Positions 8,794-18,280 of a stretch of 64,000 nucleotides of DNA are shown here, piece after piece. Where the stretch lies: assembly GCA_038921555.1 (NCBI GenBank), contig JBCKXH010000001.1:3741-67740 (forward strand), written 5' to 3'. Both the position numbers and the translations under genes were made by a program. This stretch comes from Paracoccaceae bacterium (GTDB lineage: Bacteria > Pseudomonadota > Alphaproteobacteria > Rhodobacterales > Rhodobacteraceae). Below the pieces are notes generated by a model. It was given only the letters and a program-made list of their open reading frames with translations, was not told the origin of the DNA and did not search any database. Positions within the stretch are counted from its first letter, which is position 1; each line of letters begins with the position of its first letter.

Positions 8794-10821
8794 ATGCGCA
8801 GTGTCAGCGAGTTTCCACACAAGGTGGTTGAGACCCCCGACATGGGCATCGTGCTGTCGGATGGCTGCCGCCTGTCGGCGCGGGTCTGGATGCCAGAGGG
8901 CGCGGGGCCGGTGCCTGCCGTGCTGGAGTATATCCCTTACCGCAAGCGCGACGGCACGCTGCCGAGGGATGAGATCATGCATCCCTATGTGGCGGGTCAC
9001 GGCTATGCCTGCGTGCGGGTCGATATGCGGGGCAATGGCGATTCTGACGGGCTGATGGCGGATGAATACACCGCTCAGGAACTGGCCGATGCCTGCGAGG
9101 TGATCGAATGGCTGGCCAAGCAGCCGTGGTGCAGCGGTGCCGTGGGGATGATGGGCAAGTCCTGGGGCGGCTTCAACTGTTTGCAGACGGCGTTTCTGCA
9201 ACCCCCCGCCTTGAAAGCCGTGGTGGCGGTCTGTGCGACGGTGGACCGTTTTGCCGACGACATCCATTACAAGGGCGGCTGTCTGTTGGGCGAGAATTTC
9301 GGCTGGGGGGCAGTGATGCTGTCCTTCTCCAGCCGACCGCCCGACCCAATGCTGCGCGCTGATTGGCGCGAGGTCTGGTTGCAGCGGCTGGAGGCCGAGC
9401 CGTGGCTGGCGCCGCGTTGGGCCGCTTTGCAGGAAAGGTCGGACTATTGGCAGCACGGCTCGATCTGCGAGGATTTTTCGCGAATGCAGGTGCCGGTGCT
9501 GATCTGGGGCGGCTGGGCGGATGGCTATATGAACACGGTGTCTCATATTGTCAGCTCTGTGCCGGGGGCCAAGGGGATCGTCGGGCCATGGGTGCATCAA
9601 TATCCGCAGATGGCGGTGCCGGGGCCGCAGGTGGGCTTTCTGCAAGAGGCGATAAGGTGGTGGGATCGCTGGTTGAAGGGGGTGGAGAATGGCGCGGAAA
9701 GTGATCCGGCTTACCGCGCCTATATGCTGCATTCGCAGGAGCCGGATGCCTCGGCCAAGTGGCGGGATGGGCATTGGGTAAGCGAGGCGGTCTGGCCATC
9801 GGCAGCGGTGCGGCGCGAGATTTTTCAGCTTGGCGCTGCGGCATCAAGGCCGGGGGGTTTCACACCCCCCGGACCCCCCGTGGAGTATTTGGGAAAGAGT
9901 AAGTCGGGTGAATTTGCCTGGGAGATTGCCACGCCGCAGCATCTGGGGATGGATGCAGGTGAGTTTTTCCCGATGGGTTTGAATGCCGAGATGCCGGGGG
10001 ATCAGCGCTTGGATGATGCGCTGTCGGTGTGTTTTGACGGCGATGTGTTGGGCGAGCCGCTGGATTTGCTGGGGGCGGCGCGGCTGACGCTGATTCTGTC
10101 GTCGGACATGCCGCTTGGCTTTGTGGTGGCGCGGTTGTGTGATGTGGGGCCGGATGGCGCATCAGTTCGGATTGCGCATGGGATGCGCAACCTGTGTCAC
10201 CGCGACAGTATGGCGGAGCCGGTGGCGATGGTGCCGGGGCAGGAGGTTGAGGTCAGCTTTGATCTGGACCAGATGGCTTATCGCCTGGCACCGGGGCATC
10301 GGTTGCGGCTGGCTTTGTCGAATTCCTATTGGCCGTTTGTCTGGCCTTCACCGCAGGCCGGGGTGCTGTTGGTGACGGCGGGGCGGCTGGAATTGCCGGT
10401 GCATCAGGGCTCGGCTGACTGGCTGCCGCCCGAGGCGCAGGGTGCGCCGGGCTGGTGCCACCGCCTGTTGCGCAAGGGTGGTGCGTCGCGGCGGGTCGAG
10501 ACCGACCTTTTATCAGGGATCCGGGCGCTGGTGATCAGGGATGATGGCGACGAGGTCGAGAATCTGGACCATGGCTTGTGCACTTGCGAGGTCATGTCGG
10601 AGCGTTGGGAGATTGGCGCGGAGCCGTTGTCGGCCAAGGCGGTGCAGGTCTGGGAGCAGCATCTGTGGCGCGGCGAGTGGCGGGTCAGGACCCTGGCCGA
10701 GGCGGAAATGACCGGGACGGCCACCCATCTGCGGATGGTGGCCAAGCTGACGGCATGGCAGGGCGACCGGGTGGTTTTCGAGCGGGACTATGACGAGGAG
10801 GTTGCGCGGCGGTTTGTCTAG
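8794..10821 (+). CDS. CocE/NonD family hydrolase (peptidase S15-like serine esterase)
   Basis: LEYIPYRKRD, RVDMRGNGDSDG, nucleophile GKSWGG, GGWADGY, GPWVHQYP, C-terminal PepX_C-like domain. Confidence 0.92.
   Translation: MRSVSEFPHKVVETPDMGIVLSDGCRLSARVWMPEGAGPVPAVLEYIPYRKRDGTLPRDEIMHPYVAGHGYACVRVDMRGNGDSDGLMADEYTAQELADACEVIEWLAKQPWCSGAVGMMGKSWGGFNCLQTAFLQPPALKAVVAVCATVDRFADDIHYKGGCLLGENFGWGAVMLSFSSRPPDPMLRADWREVWLQRLEAEPWLAPRWAALQERSDYWQHGSICEDFSRMQVPVLIWGGWADGYMNTVSHIVSSVPGAKGIVGPWVHQYPQMAVPGPQVGFLQEAIRWWDRWLKGVENGAESDPAYRAYMLHSQEPDASAKWRDGHWVSEAVWPSAAVRREIFQLGAAASRPGGFTPPGPPVEYLGKSKSGEFAWEIATPQHLGMDAGEFFPMGLNAEMPGDQRLDDALSVCFDGDVLGEPLDLLGAARLTLILSSDMPLGFVVARLCDVGPDGASVRIAHGMRNLCHRDSMAEPVAMVPGQEVEVSFDLDQMAYRLAPGHRLRLALSNSYWPFVWPSPQAGVLLVTAGRLELPVHQGSADWLPPEAQGAPGWCHRLLRKGGASRRVETDLLSGIRALVIRDDGDEVENLDHGLCTCEVMSERWEIGAEPLSAKAVQVWEQHLWRGEWRVRTLAEAEMTGTATHLRMVAKLTAWQGDRVVFERDYDEEVARRFV
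9848..9903 (-). repeat. Repeat family A copy inserted in frame within the CocE/NonD CDS
   Basis: Reverse complement CTTACTCTTTCCCAAATACTCCACGGGGGGTCCGGGGGGTGTGAAACCCCCCGGCC closely matches intergenic copies at 52697 and 59979; encodes RPGGFTPPGPPVEYLGKSK. Confidence 0.85.
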
Positions 10822-10924
10822 ATCAGGGTGATGTTTGATCGAAAACATCATCCTGATCTGGTTCTTTGGTGGTCGCGTGATTATCGCGGAAAACCGCTAA
10901 GCACTTTTCCGCAACAGGCCCCAG
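10818..10924 (+). repeat. ~107-bp two-hairpin palindromic element (family B; MITE/RIME/CIR-like)
   Basis: CTAGATCAGGGTGATGTTT..AAACATCATCCTGATCT hairpin plus GGAAAACCGCTAAGCACTTTTCC; homologous copy at 45465-45571. Confidence 0.85.
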
Positions 10925-11024
10925 GCAGCGGGACCAAAAATAATCCTTGGTCCTGAAAGAGAACCGCGTTTTATTGACGCGGCAATCAAGAAAAAGCCCG
11001 AGGGGGCGAACAGGGAGACCAAGC

Positions 11025-12614
11025 ATGTCCACAGAACTGAACCAAATCCTGGCGCAGGCCGCCAAGGGCAAGATGAACCGCCGCGACTTTGTCGGTCGTG
11101 CCGGCGCCTTGGGCGTTTCGGCGGCACTGGCCGGCGCGGTGCTGACCAATCCGGCGCGCGCCGCAGAGCCGGTCAGGGGCGGCGTGCTGCGCGCGGGCGT
11201 GGCGGGCGGGCAAAGCACCGACTCGCTGGACCCGGCACTGGCGGCGTCGGATTCGCCCTTCATGATCAACTCGACCTGGGGTGAGACCCTGGTGGATGTG
11301 GAACTAAACGGCACTTTGGGCATGCGGGTGGCCGAGGAGATCTCGTCCAGCGCCGATGCGACGCAGTGGATGTTCAAGATCCGCCAGGGCGTTGAATACC
11401 ACAACGGTGCCACGCTGACCGCGCAGGACGTGGTGGCGACGCTGAGGCGCCATACCGACGACGCCTCGCAATCGGGGGCACAGGGCATCGTCAAGGGCAT
11501 CACCGACATGAAGGCCGCGGGCGACATGGTCACCCTGACGCTGAACGCGGGCAACGCCGACCTGCCGTTCCTGATGGCGGATTATCACCTGATGATCCAA
11601 CCCGGCGGCGGTGTGGACAATCCGCAGGCCGGTATCGGCAGCGGCGCCTACAAGATCGTCTCGAACGAGCCCGGCGTGCGGGCTGCGTTCGAAAAGCACG
11701 CCAATTACTGGGATGCGAACCGCGGTTTCGCCGATCAGGTCGAGATTCTGTCGATCAACGACAACACGGCGCGGACGGCGGCGCTCCAGGCGGGTCAGAT
11801 TCATCTGATGGCGTCGGTTGACCCCAAGATCGCCGAACTGCTGGCCGGCAATGCCGATGTGGTGATCGAGCGTTCCTCTGGTCCGGGGCATTACGTGTTC
11901 ATCATGCAATGCACCCAGAAACCCTTTGACAACAACGACCTGCGCATGGCGTTGAAGCTGGCGGTCAACCGGCAGGAACTGGTTGACAAGATCCTGGGTG
12001 GCATGGGGTCGCGCGGCAACGACTTCCCGATCAACGCCGCCTATCCGCTGTTCGACGACAGCATCGCGCAGCGTGAATACGATGCGGCGGCGGCGGCGGA
12101 GTTCTACCAGAAGTCCGGCCATGACGGTTCGCCCTTGCTGTTGCAAGTGGCGCCCGGTGCTTTCCCCGGTGCTGTCGAGGCGGCGCAACTGTTCCAGGCA
12201 TCGGCCAATGCGGCGGGCATTCCGCTGCAGGTGAAACTGGAGCCCGATGACGGCTATTGGTCCAACGTGTGGAACGTGGCGCCGTTCTGCGCCAGCTATT
12301 GGGGCGGGCGTCCGGTGCAGGACCAGATGTATTCGACCGCCTATCTGTCCACCGCCGACTGGAACGACACCAAATTCATCGACCCGCATTTCGACGACTT
12401 GATGATCAGGGCGCGCGGCGAGTTGGACCAGGTCAAGCGCAAGGCGATGTATTCGGAAATGGCCCATATCCTGCGCGACACCGGCGGTCTGATCTGCCCG
12501 ATGTTCAACGACTGGGTCGAAGGCCGGCGCGCCGAAGTTGGTGGCTGGATCCCGAATCCGGCTGGCTCGCTGATGAACGGCAAGGCGCTGAGCATGTGCT
12601 GGCTGAACGCCTGA
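11025..12614 (+). CDS. ABC transporter substrate-binding protein (family 5, peptide/nickel type), Tat-exported
   Basis: Twin-arginine MNRRDFV signal, GGVLRAG, DSLDPA, IRQGVEYHNG, DLRMALKLAVNR. Confidence 0.93.
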   Translation: MSTELNQILAQAAKGKMNRRDFVGRAGALGVSAALAGAVLTNPARAAEPVRGGVLRAGVAGGQSTDSLDPALAASDSPFMINSTWGETLVDVELNGTLGMRVAEEISSSADATQWMFKIRQGVEYHNGATLTAQDVVATLRRHTDDASQSGAQGIVKGITDMKAAGDMVTLTLNAGNADLPFLMADYHLMIQPGGGVDNPQAGIGSGAYKIVSNEPGVRAAFEKHANYWDANRGFADQVEILSINDNTARTAALQAGQIHLMASVDPKIAELLAGNADVVIERSSGPGHYVFIMQCTQKPFDNNDLRMALKLAVNRQELVDKILGGMGSRGNDFPINAAYPLFDDSIAQREYDAAAAAEFYQKSGHDGSPLLLQVAPGAFPGAVEAAQLFQASANAAGIPLQVKLEPDDGYWSNVWNVAPFCASYWGGRPVQDQMYSTAYLSTADWNDTKFIDPHFDDLMIRARGELDQVKRKAMYSEMAHILRDTGGLICPMFNDWVEGRRAEVGGWIPNPAGSLMNGKALSMCWLNA

Positions 12615-12626
12615 GGCGGCGGGTCC

Positions 12627-13583
12627 GTGCATCCTATCCTGAAACTGGTGGTCCAGCGCGTTGCGCTGGGCCTTCTGTTGTTGCTGGCGGTGTCTTTCGT
12701 GCTCTTTCTGGGTGTCGAGATGCTGCCGGGCGACACCGCACAGGCCATTCTGGGGCAACGGGCAACCCCGGTCGCGCTGGCCAACCTGCGTGAGGCGCTG
12801 GGGCTGAATGAACCGGCGCTGACGAGATACCTGAAATGGCTGTTCCATGCGCTGCAAGGCGACCTTGGCGTGGCGCTGACCAATGGCAAGGACATTGCCC
12901 AAGCGATCGGGCAACGCTTTGGCAATACGCTGTTTCTGGCGACTTCTGCCGGGGTGATTGCGGTGCCCTTGGCCATCATGCTGGGGTTGATCGCGGCGCG
13001 CTACAATGGGCGCTGGCCGGACAAGTTGATTTCCGGCGTCACCTTAGCGACGATTTCGCTGCCAGAGTTTGTGGCGGCCTATTTCATGATCTTTCTGCTG
13101 ACCCAGGTCGTGCCGCTGTTCCAGCCGGTCGCGATGGTCTTTCCCGGCATGTCGTTTTGGCAAAAGTTGCACGCCGTGGCGCTGCCGGTGATCGTGCTGG
13201 TCATGGTGGTGCTGGCCCATATGATGCGAATGACCCGGGCAGCCATTTTGAACGTCATGCAGTCGGCCTATATCGAAACCGCCGAGTTGAAGGGCCTGAC
13301 GCCGATGCAGGTGATCTGGCGCCATGCGCTGCCGAATGCGGTGGCGCCGATCATCTCGGTCGTGGTGATCAACCTCGCCTATCTGGTGGTGGGGGTGGTC
13401 GTGGTCGAGGTGGTGTTCAGTTACAACGCCCTCGGCCAGTATCTGGTGGACCATGTCGCCAAACGAGACCTGCCGGTGGTGCAGGCGGTGGGGATCCTCT
13501 TTGCCGCTGTCTATATCGGGCTGAACATCCTGGCCGATGTCATCGGCATCGTGGCCAATCCCAGACTGCGGCACCCGAAATGA
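12627..13583 (+). CDS. ABC transporter permease (DppB-like)
   Basis: LPGDTAQAILG, EAA loop YIETAELKGL..RHALPN, RDLPVVQ, NPRLR. Confidence 0.93.
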   Translation: MHPILKLVVQRVALGLLLLLAVSFVLFLGVEMLPGDTAQAILGQRATPVALANLREALGLNEPALTRYLKWLFHALQGDLGVALTNGKDIAQAIGQRFGNTLFLATSAGVIAVPLAIMLGLIAARYNGRWPDKLISGVTLATISLPEFVAAYFMIFLLTQVVPLFQPVAMVFPGMSFWQKLHAVALPVIVLVMVVLAHMMRMTRAAILNVMQSAYIETAELKGLTPMQVIWRHALPNAVAPIISVVVINLAYLVVGVVVVEVVFSYNALGQYLVDHVAKRDLPVVQAVGILFAAVYIGLNILADVIGIVANPRLRHPK

Positions 13584-13597
13584 GGCACCCGAAATGA
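13570..13597 (+). repeat. Perfect 14-bp tandem duplication GGCACCCGAAATGA x2 at the permease-permease junction
   Basis: Seen directly at 13570-13583 and 13584-13597. Confidence 0.9.
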
Positions 13598-14409
13598 AGA
13601 TGCCGCTTTCGGCCCTGATCGGTATCGTTGCGACCTCTGCCTTTGTGCTGGCGGCAATTTTCGCGCAATGGATCGCGCCCTATCCGATTGACGCGGCGGC
13701 GGGCAAAGTGTGGGAGGCTCCGTCAGAGCAGTTCTGGCTGGGCACCGATACCATTGGCCGCGACATCCTCAGCCGGCTGATCTATGGCGGCCAGATCACC
13801 ATATTCGTCGCGCTGGCCTCGTCGCTGCTGTCGTTTTCGCTGGGGGCGTTCTTTGGCTTCATGGCGGCGGTGCGCGGCGGTTGGGTCGATCTGTTCCTGT
13901 CACGGCTGGTCGATCTGATGATGGCGGTGCCCGCGCTGATCGTGGCTTTGGTCGTGCTGTCGGTGCTGCCGTTGAACCTGCTGGTGCTGATCCTGCTGAT
14001 GGGCATTCTGGATTCGACGCGGGTTTTCCGCTTAAGCCGGGCGGTGGCTACGGATATCACCGTGATGGATTATGTCGAGGCGGCGCGGCTGCGCGGTGAG
14101 CGGCAAGGCTGGATCATCTTTCGCGAAATCCTGCCCAACGCGCTGTCGCCCCTGGTCGCCGAGTTCGGGTTGCGGTTCATCTTTGCGGTGCTGTTCATCT
14201 CAACCCTGTCTTTCCTTGGTCTGGGCATTCAGCCGCCTCTGTCGGATTGGGGCGGCATGGTCAGGGAAAACAAGGACGGGCTGGTCTATGGCAAGGCAGC
14301 GGCGATGATGCCGGCGGCGGCGATTGCGGTACTGGCGATCAGCGTCAACCTGGTGGCGGATTGGGTGCTGTCGCGGACCGCCAGTCTGAAAGGCGGGCGC
14401 GGTGGCTGA
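13594..14409 (+). CDS. ABC transporter permease (DppC-like)
   Basis: WLGTDTIGRDILSRLIYG, YVEAARLRGE..EILPN, LSFLGLGIQPP. Confidence 0.93.
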   Translation: MKMPLSALIGIVATSAFVLAAIFAQWIAPYPIDAAAGKVWEAPSEQFWLGTDTIGRDILSRLIYGGQITIFVALASSLLSFSLGAFFGFMAAVRGGWVDLFLSRLVDLMMAVPALIVALVVLSVLPLNLLVLILLMGILDSTRVFRLSRAVATDITVMDYVEAARLRGERQGWIIFREILPNALSPLVAEFGLRFIFAVLFISTLSFLGLGIQPPLSDWGGMVRENKDGLVYGKAAAMMPAAAIAVLAISVNLVADWVLSRTASLKGGRGG

Positions 14410-16033
14410 TTTGCTGGAGATCAGGAACCTGCGGATTGAGGCGACGTCCTATCCGCCGGGTGAAAAGCCAAGGCATGTCGTGCTGGTCGATGATGTGTCG
14501 GTGTCGCTGGCCAAGGGCCGCGTTCTGGGGTTGATCGGTGAAAGCGGGGCGGGCAAGTCAACCATCGGGCTGTCGGCGATGGCGTATGGGCGGGGCGGGG
14601 TGCGCTTGACCGGCGGGCAGGTTCTGCTGAACGGGCGCGATCTCTTGAAAGCCTGCCCGGCGGGCTTGCGCAGCTTGCGTGGCCATCAGGTGACCTATGT
14701 CGCGCAATCGGCGGCGGCGGCGTTCAATCCGGCGTGGCGCCTCATGGATCAGGTGATCGAGGCCAGCCTGCAACACAGGCTGATGAGCCGCAAAGCGGCT
14801 GAGGCGCGGGCGGTTGATCTGTTCCGCAGGCTGGGCCTGCCCGACCCCACAACTTTTGGCCGCCGCTATCCGCATCAGGTCTCGGGCGGCCAGTTGCAGC
14901 GGGCGATGACGGCGATGGCCTTGTGCCCCAGGCCTGATCTGGTGATCTTTGACGAGCCGACGACTGCGCTGGATGTGACGACACAGATCGAGGTTTTGGC
15001 GGCCATCAAGGAGGCAATCCGCGATACCGGGGTGGCGGCGCTCTATATCTCGCATGATCTGGCCGTGGTGGCGCAGGTCGCGGATGACATTCTGGTGCTG
15101 CGCGGCGGCAGACAAGTCGAATACGGCACCGCCGGGCAGATCATCAACGCGCCGCAGGAAGCCTATACCAAGGCGCTGGTTTCAGTGCGCTCGATCCACC
15201 ATGTCGAAAAGGCGTTGTCCGACGCGGTGTTGCGGGTTGAGGGGGTGACGGCGCGCTATCGCGGCACCAATCTCGACGTGCTGAAAGGCGTGACGATCGA
15301 GGTGGCGGCGGGCCAGACACTGGCTGTGGTGGGCGAAAGCGGCTCGGGCAAGTCAACACTGGCGCGGGTGATCACCGGGCTTTTGCCCGCAACGGCGGGT
15401 CGTATCCTATTCGCCGGGCGGGTGCTGCCTGCCGAGCTTGCCGCCCGCAGCAAGGATGACCTGCGCGAGTTGCAGATGATCTATCAGATGGCCGATACCG
15501 CAATGAACCCGCGCCAGACCGTGGCCACCATCATCGGGCGGCCGCTGGAGTTCTACTTTGGCCTGAAGGGTGAGGCCCGGCGCAAACGCGTGCAGGAACT
15601 GCTGGACCAGATCGAGATGGGTTCGGGCTATATCGACCGTTATCCGGCGGAACTTTCGGGCGGGCAGAAGCAGCGGGTCTGCATCGCGCGGGCGCTGGCC
15701 GCCAAGCCCAAACTGATCATCTGCGATGAAGTGACCAGCGCGTTGGACCCTCTGGTGGCGGATGGCATCCTGAAGCTGCTGTTGGATTTGCAGGCGCGCG
15801 AGGGCGTGGCCTATCTGTTCATCACCCATGATTTGGCAACGGTCAAAGCCATCGCCGACAAGATCGCCGTGCTGTATCGCGGCGAAGTGGTGCGCTATGG
15901 CGCGAAAACCGATGTGCTGACGCCGCCGTTTGACGATTATACCGAGCTTCTGCTATCCTCGGTGCCAGAGATGGAACTGGGCTGGCTGGAGGGGGTTCTG
16001 GCCAATCGCAGGATGGAAAGCGCGGGGAACTGA
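14402..16033 (+). CDS. ABC transporter ATP-binding protein (fused DppD/DppF, two ATPase domains)
   Basis: Two Walker A motifs (GESGAGKST, GESGSGKST), SGGQ signatures, DEPTTALD/DEVTSALD. Confidence 0.95.
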   Translation: MADLLEIRNLRIEATSYPPGEKPRHVVLVDDVSVSLAKGRVLGLIGESGAGKSTIGLSAMAYGRGGVRLTGGQVLLNGRDLLKACPAGLRSLRGHQVTYVAQSAAAAFNPAWRLMDQVIEASLQHRLMSRKAAEARAVDLFRRLGLPDPTTFGRRYPHQVSGGQLQRAMTAMALCPRPDLVIFDEPTTALDVTTQIEVLAAIKEAIRDTGVAALYISHDLAVVAQVADDILVLRGGRQVEYGTAGQIINAPQEAYTKALVSVRSIHHVEKALSDAVLRVEGVTARYRGTNLDVLKGVTIEVAAGQTLAVVGESGSGKSTLARVITGLLPATAGRILFAGRVLPAELAARSKDDLRELQMIYQMADTAMNPRQTVATIIGRPLEFYFGLKGEARRKRVQELLDQIEMGSGYIDRYPAELSGGQKQRVCIARALAAKPKLIICDEVTSALDPLVADGILKLLLDLQAREGVAYLFITHDLATVKAIADKIAVLYRGEVVRYGAKTDVLTPPFDDYTELLLSSVPEMELGWLEGVLANRRMESAGN

Positions 16034-17304
16034 TGCGGCATCTGGCAGTGGCGGTGGCTTTGGTTGCGGCAGGGCCGCTCTGGGCGGAAACCTTCCTCAT
16101 CACCCCCGGCCCCGCGGCTGAGGCCGTGCTGCAAGAGGCGCTGATCCTGGCGCAGGCCGGCGATGAGGTGGTGTTGGCGGCGGGGCGCTATGACATCCGC
16201 AACCAGCTGTCGCTGGCGAATGACGATGTGACGCTGCGCGGGGCGGGAATGGCCGCCTCGGTCCTGTCGTTCAAGGGGCAAACCGGCGGGGCCGAGGGGC
16301 TGCTGGTGACCGGCAACGGTGCAATCCTGAAGGATTTTGCGGTCGAGGATACCAAGGGCGACGCCATCAAGGCCAAGGGGGTGGACGGTTTCGCCGCGAT
16401 CCGGGTTCGGGCCGAGTGGACGGGCGAGCCCAAGGCGGAAAACGGCAGCTATGGGATTTACCCGGTGCAATCGACCAATGTCCTGCTGGACGGCGTTGTG
16501 GTCAGGGGCGCCTCGGACGCCGGGATATACGTCGGGCAAAGCCAGAAGATCATCGTGCGAAACAGCCGGGCCGAGTTCAACGTCGCGGGGCTGGAGATCG
16601 AGAACTGCTACTTCGCCGATGTCTTTGACAACACCCTGACCAACAATACCGGAGGTCTGCTGGTGTTTGACCTGCCCGATCTGCCGCAACAAGGCGGCCA
16701 TGACATCCGCTTTTTCCGCAACAAATCCTACGCCAACAACACCGACAACTTCGCCCCCGAAGGCAACATCGTCGGGCTGGTCCCGGCGGGCACCGGCATG
16801 TTGGTGATGGCCAATGCCGATATCGAAATCTTCGAGAACCAGTTCAGCGACAACAAATCCGTCGGCCTGATCATTGCGGCCTATGTCAAGGACACCGAGG
16901 ATGCCAATTACGACATCCACCCCCGCCGCATCCACATCCACAACAACGTCTTTGCCGCCAATGGCTCTGACCCCGATGGTAGCGAATTTGGCGCCCTGCT
17001 GCGTGAGTTGTTTGGCGCGCCGGTGCCGCAGATTGTCTGGGACGGCGTCATTCCGTTGTGGCGCTGGGCTACGGTAGGGGCGGCATCGGATGTTGAACAT
17101 TCCATCCATGACAACGACTTTGGCGATGCCACGCCCTATGGCAATGCCGACTTCATCGGCAAGTTCGGCCTGACATGGCTGCACGAGGTAACCTACGAGC
17201 TGTCCGAGCATTCGGCCGAATTGACGCCGCTTGTGCCGGTGCAGGTGATCATCCGGGGCCGCGACGTCTCGCACAGGGGCGCCTGGGCGGAGATGGCGAA
17301 GTGA
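16033..17304 (+). CDS. Secreted parallel beta-helix repeat protein (TIGR03805-like)
   Basis: Signal peptide; DAIKAKG, NGSYGIYPVQSTNVLLD, GASDAGIYVGQS, NVAGLEIEN, NNTGGLLVFDLP, NFAPEGNIVG motifs. Confidence 0.85.
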   Translation: MRHLAVAVALVAAGPLWAETFLITPGPAAEAVLQEALILAQAGDEVVLAAGRYDIRNQLSLANDDVTLRGAGMAASVLSFKGQTGGAEGLLVTGNGAILKDFAVEDTKGDAIKAKGVDGFAAIRVRAEWTGEPKAENGSYGIYPVQSTNVLLDGVVVRGASDAGIYVGQSQKIIVRNSRAEFNVAGLEIENCYFADVFDNTLTNNTGGLLVFDLPDLPQQGGHDIRFFRNKSYANNTDNFAPEGNIVGLVPAGTGMLVMANADIEIFENQFSDNKSVGLIIAAYVKDTEDANYDIHPRRIHIHNNVFAANGSDPDGSEFGALLRELFGAPVPQIVWDGVIPLWRWATVGAASDVEHSIHDNDFGDATPYGNADFIGKFGLTWLHEVTYELSEHSAELTPLVPVQVIIRGRDVSHRGAWAEMAK

Positions 17305-18266
17305 GGTTCGCTCTGGCTCTGGCTCTGGCCCTGGTGTTGGCTGCCGGGCCTGCGATGGTCGAGGTCAACGACGCGGCCATTCTGGCCCGATACCCGCCCA
17401 AAACCCTGTCCGAATTCGGCTTTTTCGACGCGCGTGCCCTCGCGTCGGGGGTGGTGCCTTACGTCATCGCCTCGCCCCTGTTCAGCGATTATTCCGACAA
17501 GGACCGCTACATCTATACCCCTACGCCCGCCCCGGCCGCCCTTGTAGGCGTGCTGGATTTTCCGCTCGGCACGGCGATCATCAAGACCTTCCGCTATGGC
17601 GATCACAAGGTTGAAACCCGGGTGCTGCTGCATCAGGCGGGCGGCTGGAAGGCCTATCCCTATCTGTGGAACGAGGCGGGCACCGAGGCCATGCTGGCGC
17701 TGGCCGGGGCTGATCTGAGCGTGCCCAGTCCGCGCGGGCCCGTGGCCTATCACGTCCCCAATGCCAACCAATGCAAGGCCTGCCACGAGGGGCCGGACAA
17801 GGCGATCACGCCGATCGGACCCAAGCTGCGCAATCTGAACACGGGCGGGCAATTGGCGCTGCTGGCGGCGGCTGGTGTGATCGACGCAGTTCCCGCCGAT
17901 GCCCCGGCCACGCCCGAATACCGCGACGCCACACTGGCCGACGATGTCAGGGCGCGGGCCTATCTGGACGCCAACTGCGCCCATTGCCACGCGCCGGGTC
18001 ATCCCGCCGACACCTCGGGCCTGTTCCTGAACTGGGAAGAAAGCGACGCTCTGCGGCTTGGCATCAACAAGCGGCCGGTGGCGGCGGGCAAGGGTTCGGG
18101 CGATCTGCAATTTGATGTGGTGCCGGGCGACCCCGGGGCGTCCATCCTGCTTTACCGGATGCAGTCGCTGGACCCCGGTGCCATGATGCCGGAACTGGGG
18201 CGTGGGGTGGTGCATGACGAGGGGGTCGAGCTGATCCGGGCGTGGATTGCCGGGCTGGACCAATAA
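17301..18266 (+). CDS. Diheme c-type cytochrome, SO2930/HNE_0200-like (TIGR03806-like)
   Basis: Signal peptide, LSEFGFF, PLFSDY, FPLGTAIIKTF, two CxxCH (CKACH, CAHCH), MMPELGR; GTGA overlap with upstream stop. Confidence 0.85.
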   Translation: MRFALALALALVLAAGPAMVEVNDAAILARYPPKTLSEFGFFDARALASGVVPYVIASPLFSDYSDKDRYIYTPTPAPAALVGVLDFPLGTAIIKTFRYGDHKVETRVLLHQAGGWKAYPYLWNEAGTEAMLALAGADLSVPSPRGPVAYHVPNANQCKACHEGPDKAITPIGPKLRNLNTGGQLALLAAAGVIDAVPADAPATPEYRDATLADDVRARAYLDANCAHCHAPGHPADTSGLFLNWEESDALRLGINKRPVAAGKGSGDLQFDVVPGDPGASILLYRMQSLDPGAMMPELGRGVVHDEGVELIRAWIAGLDQ

Positions 18267-18280
18267 GCAGGGAGATTGTG

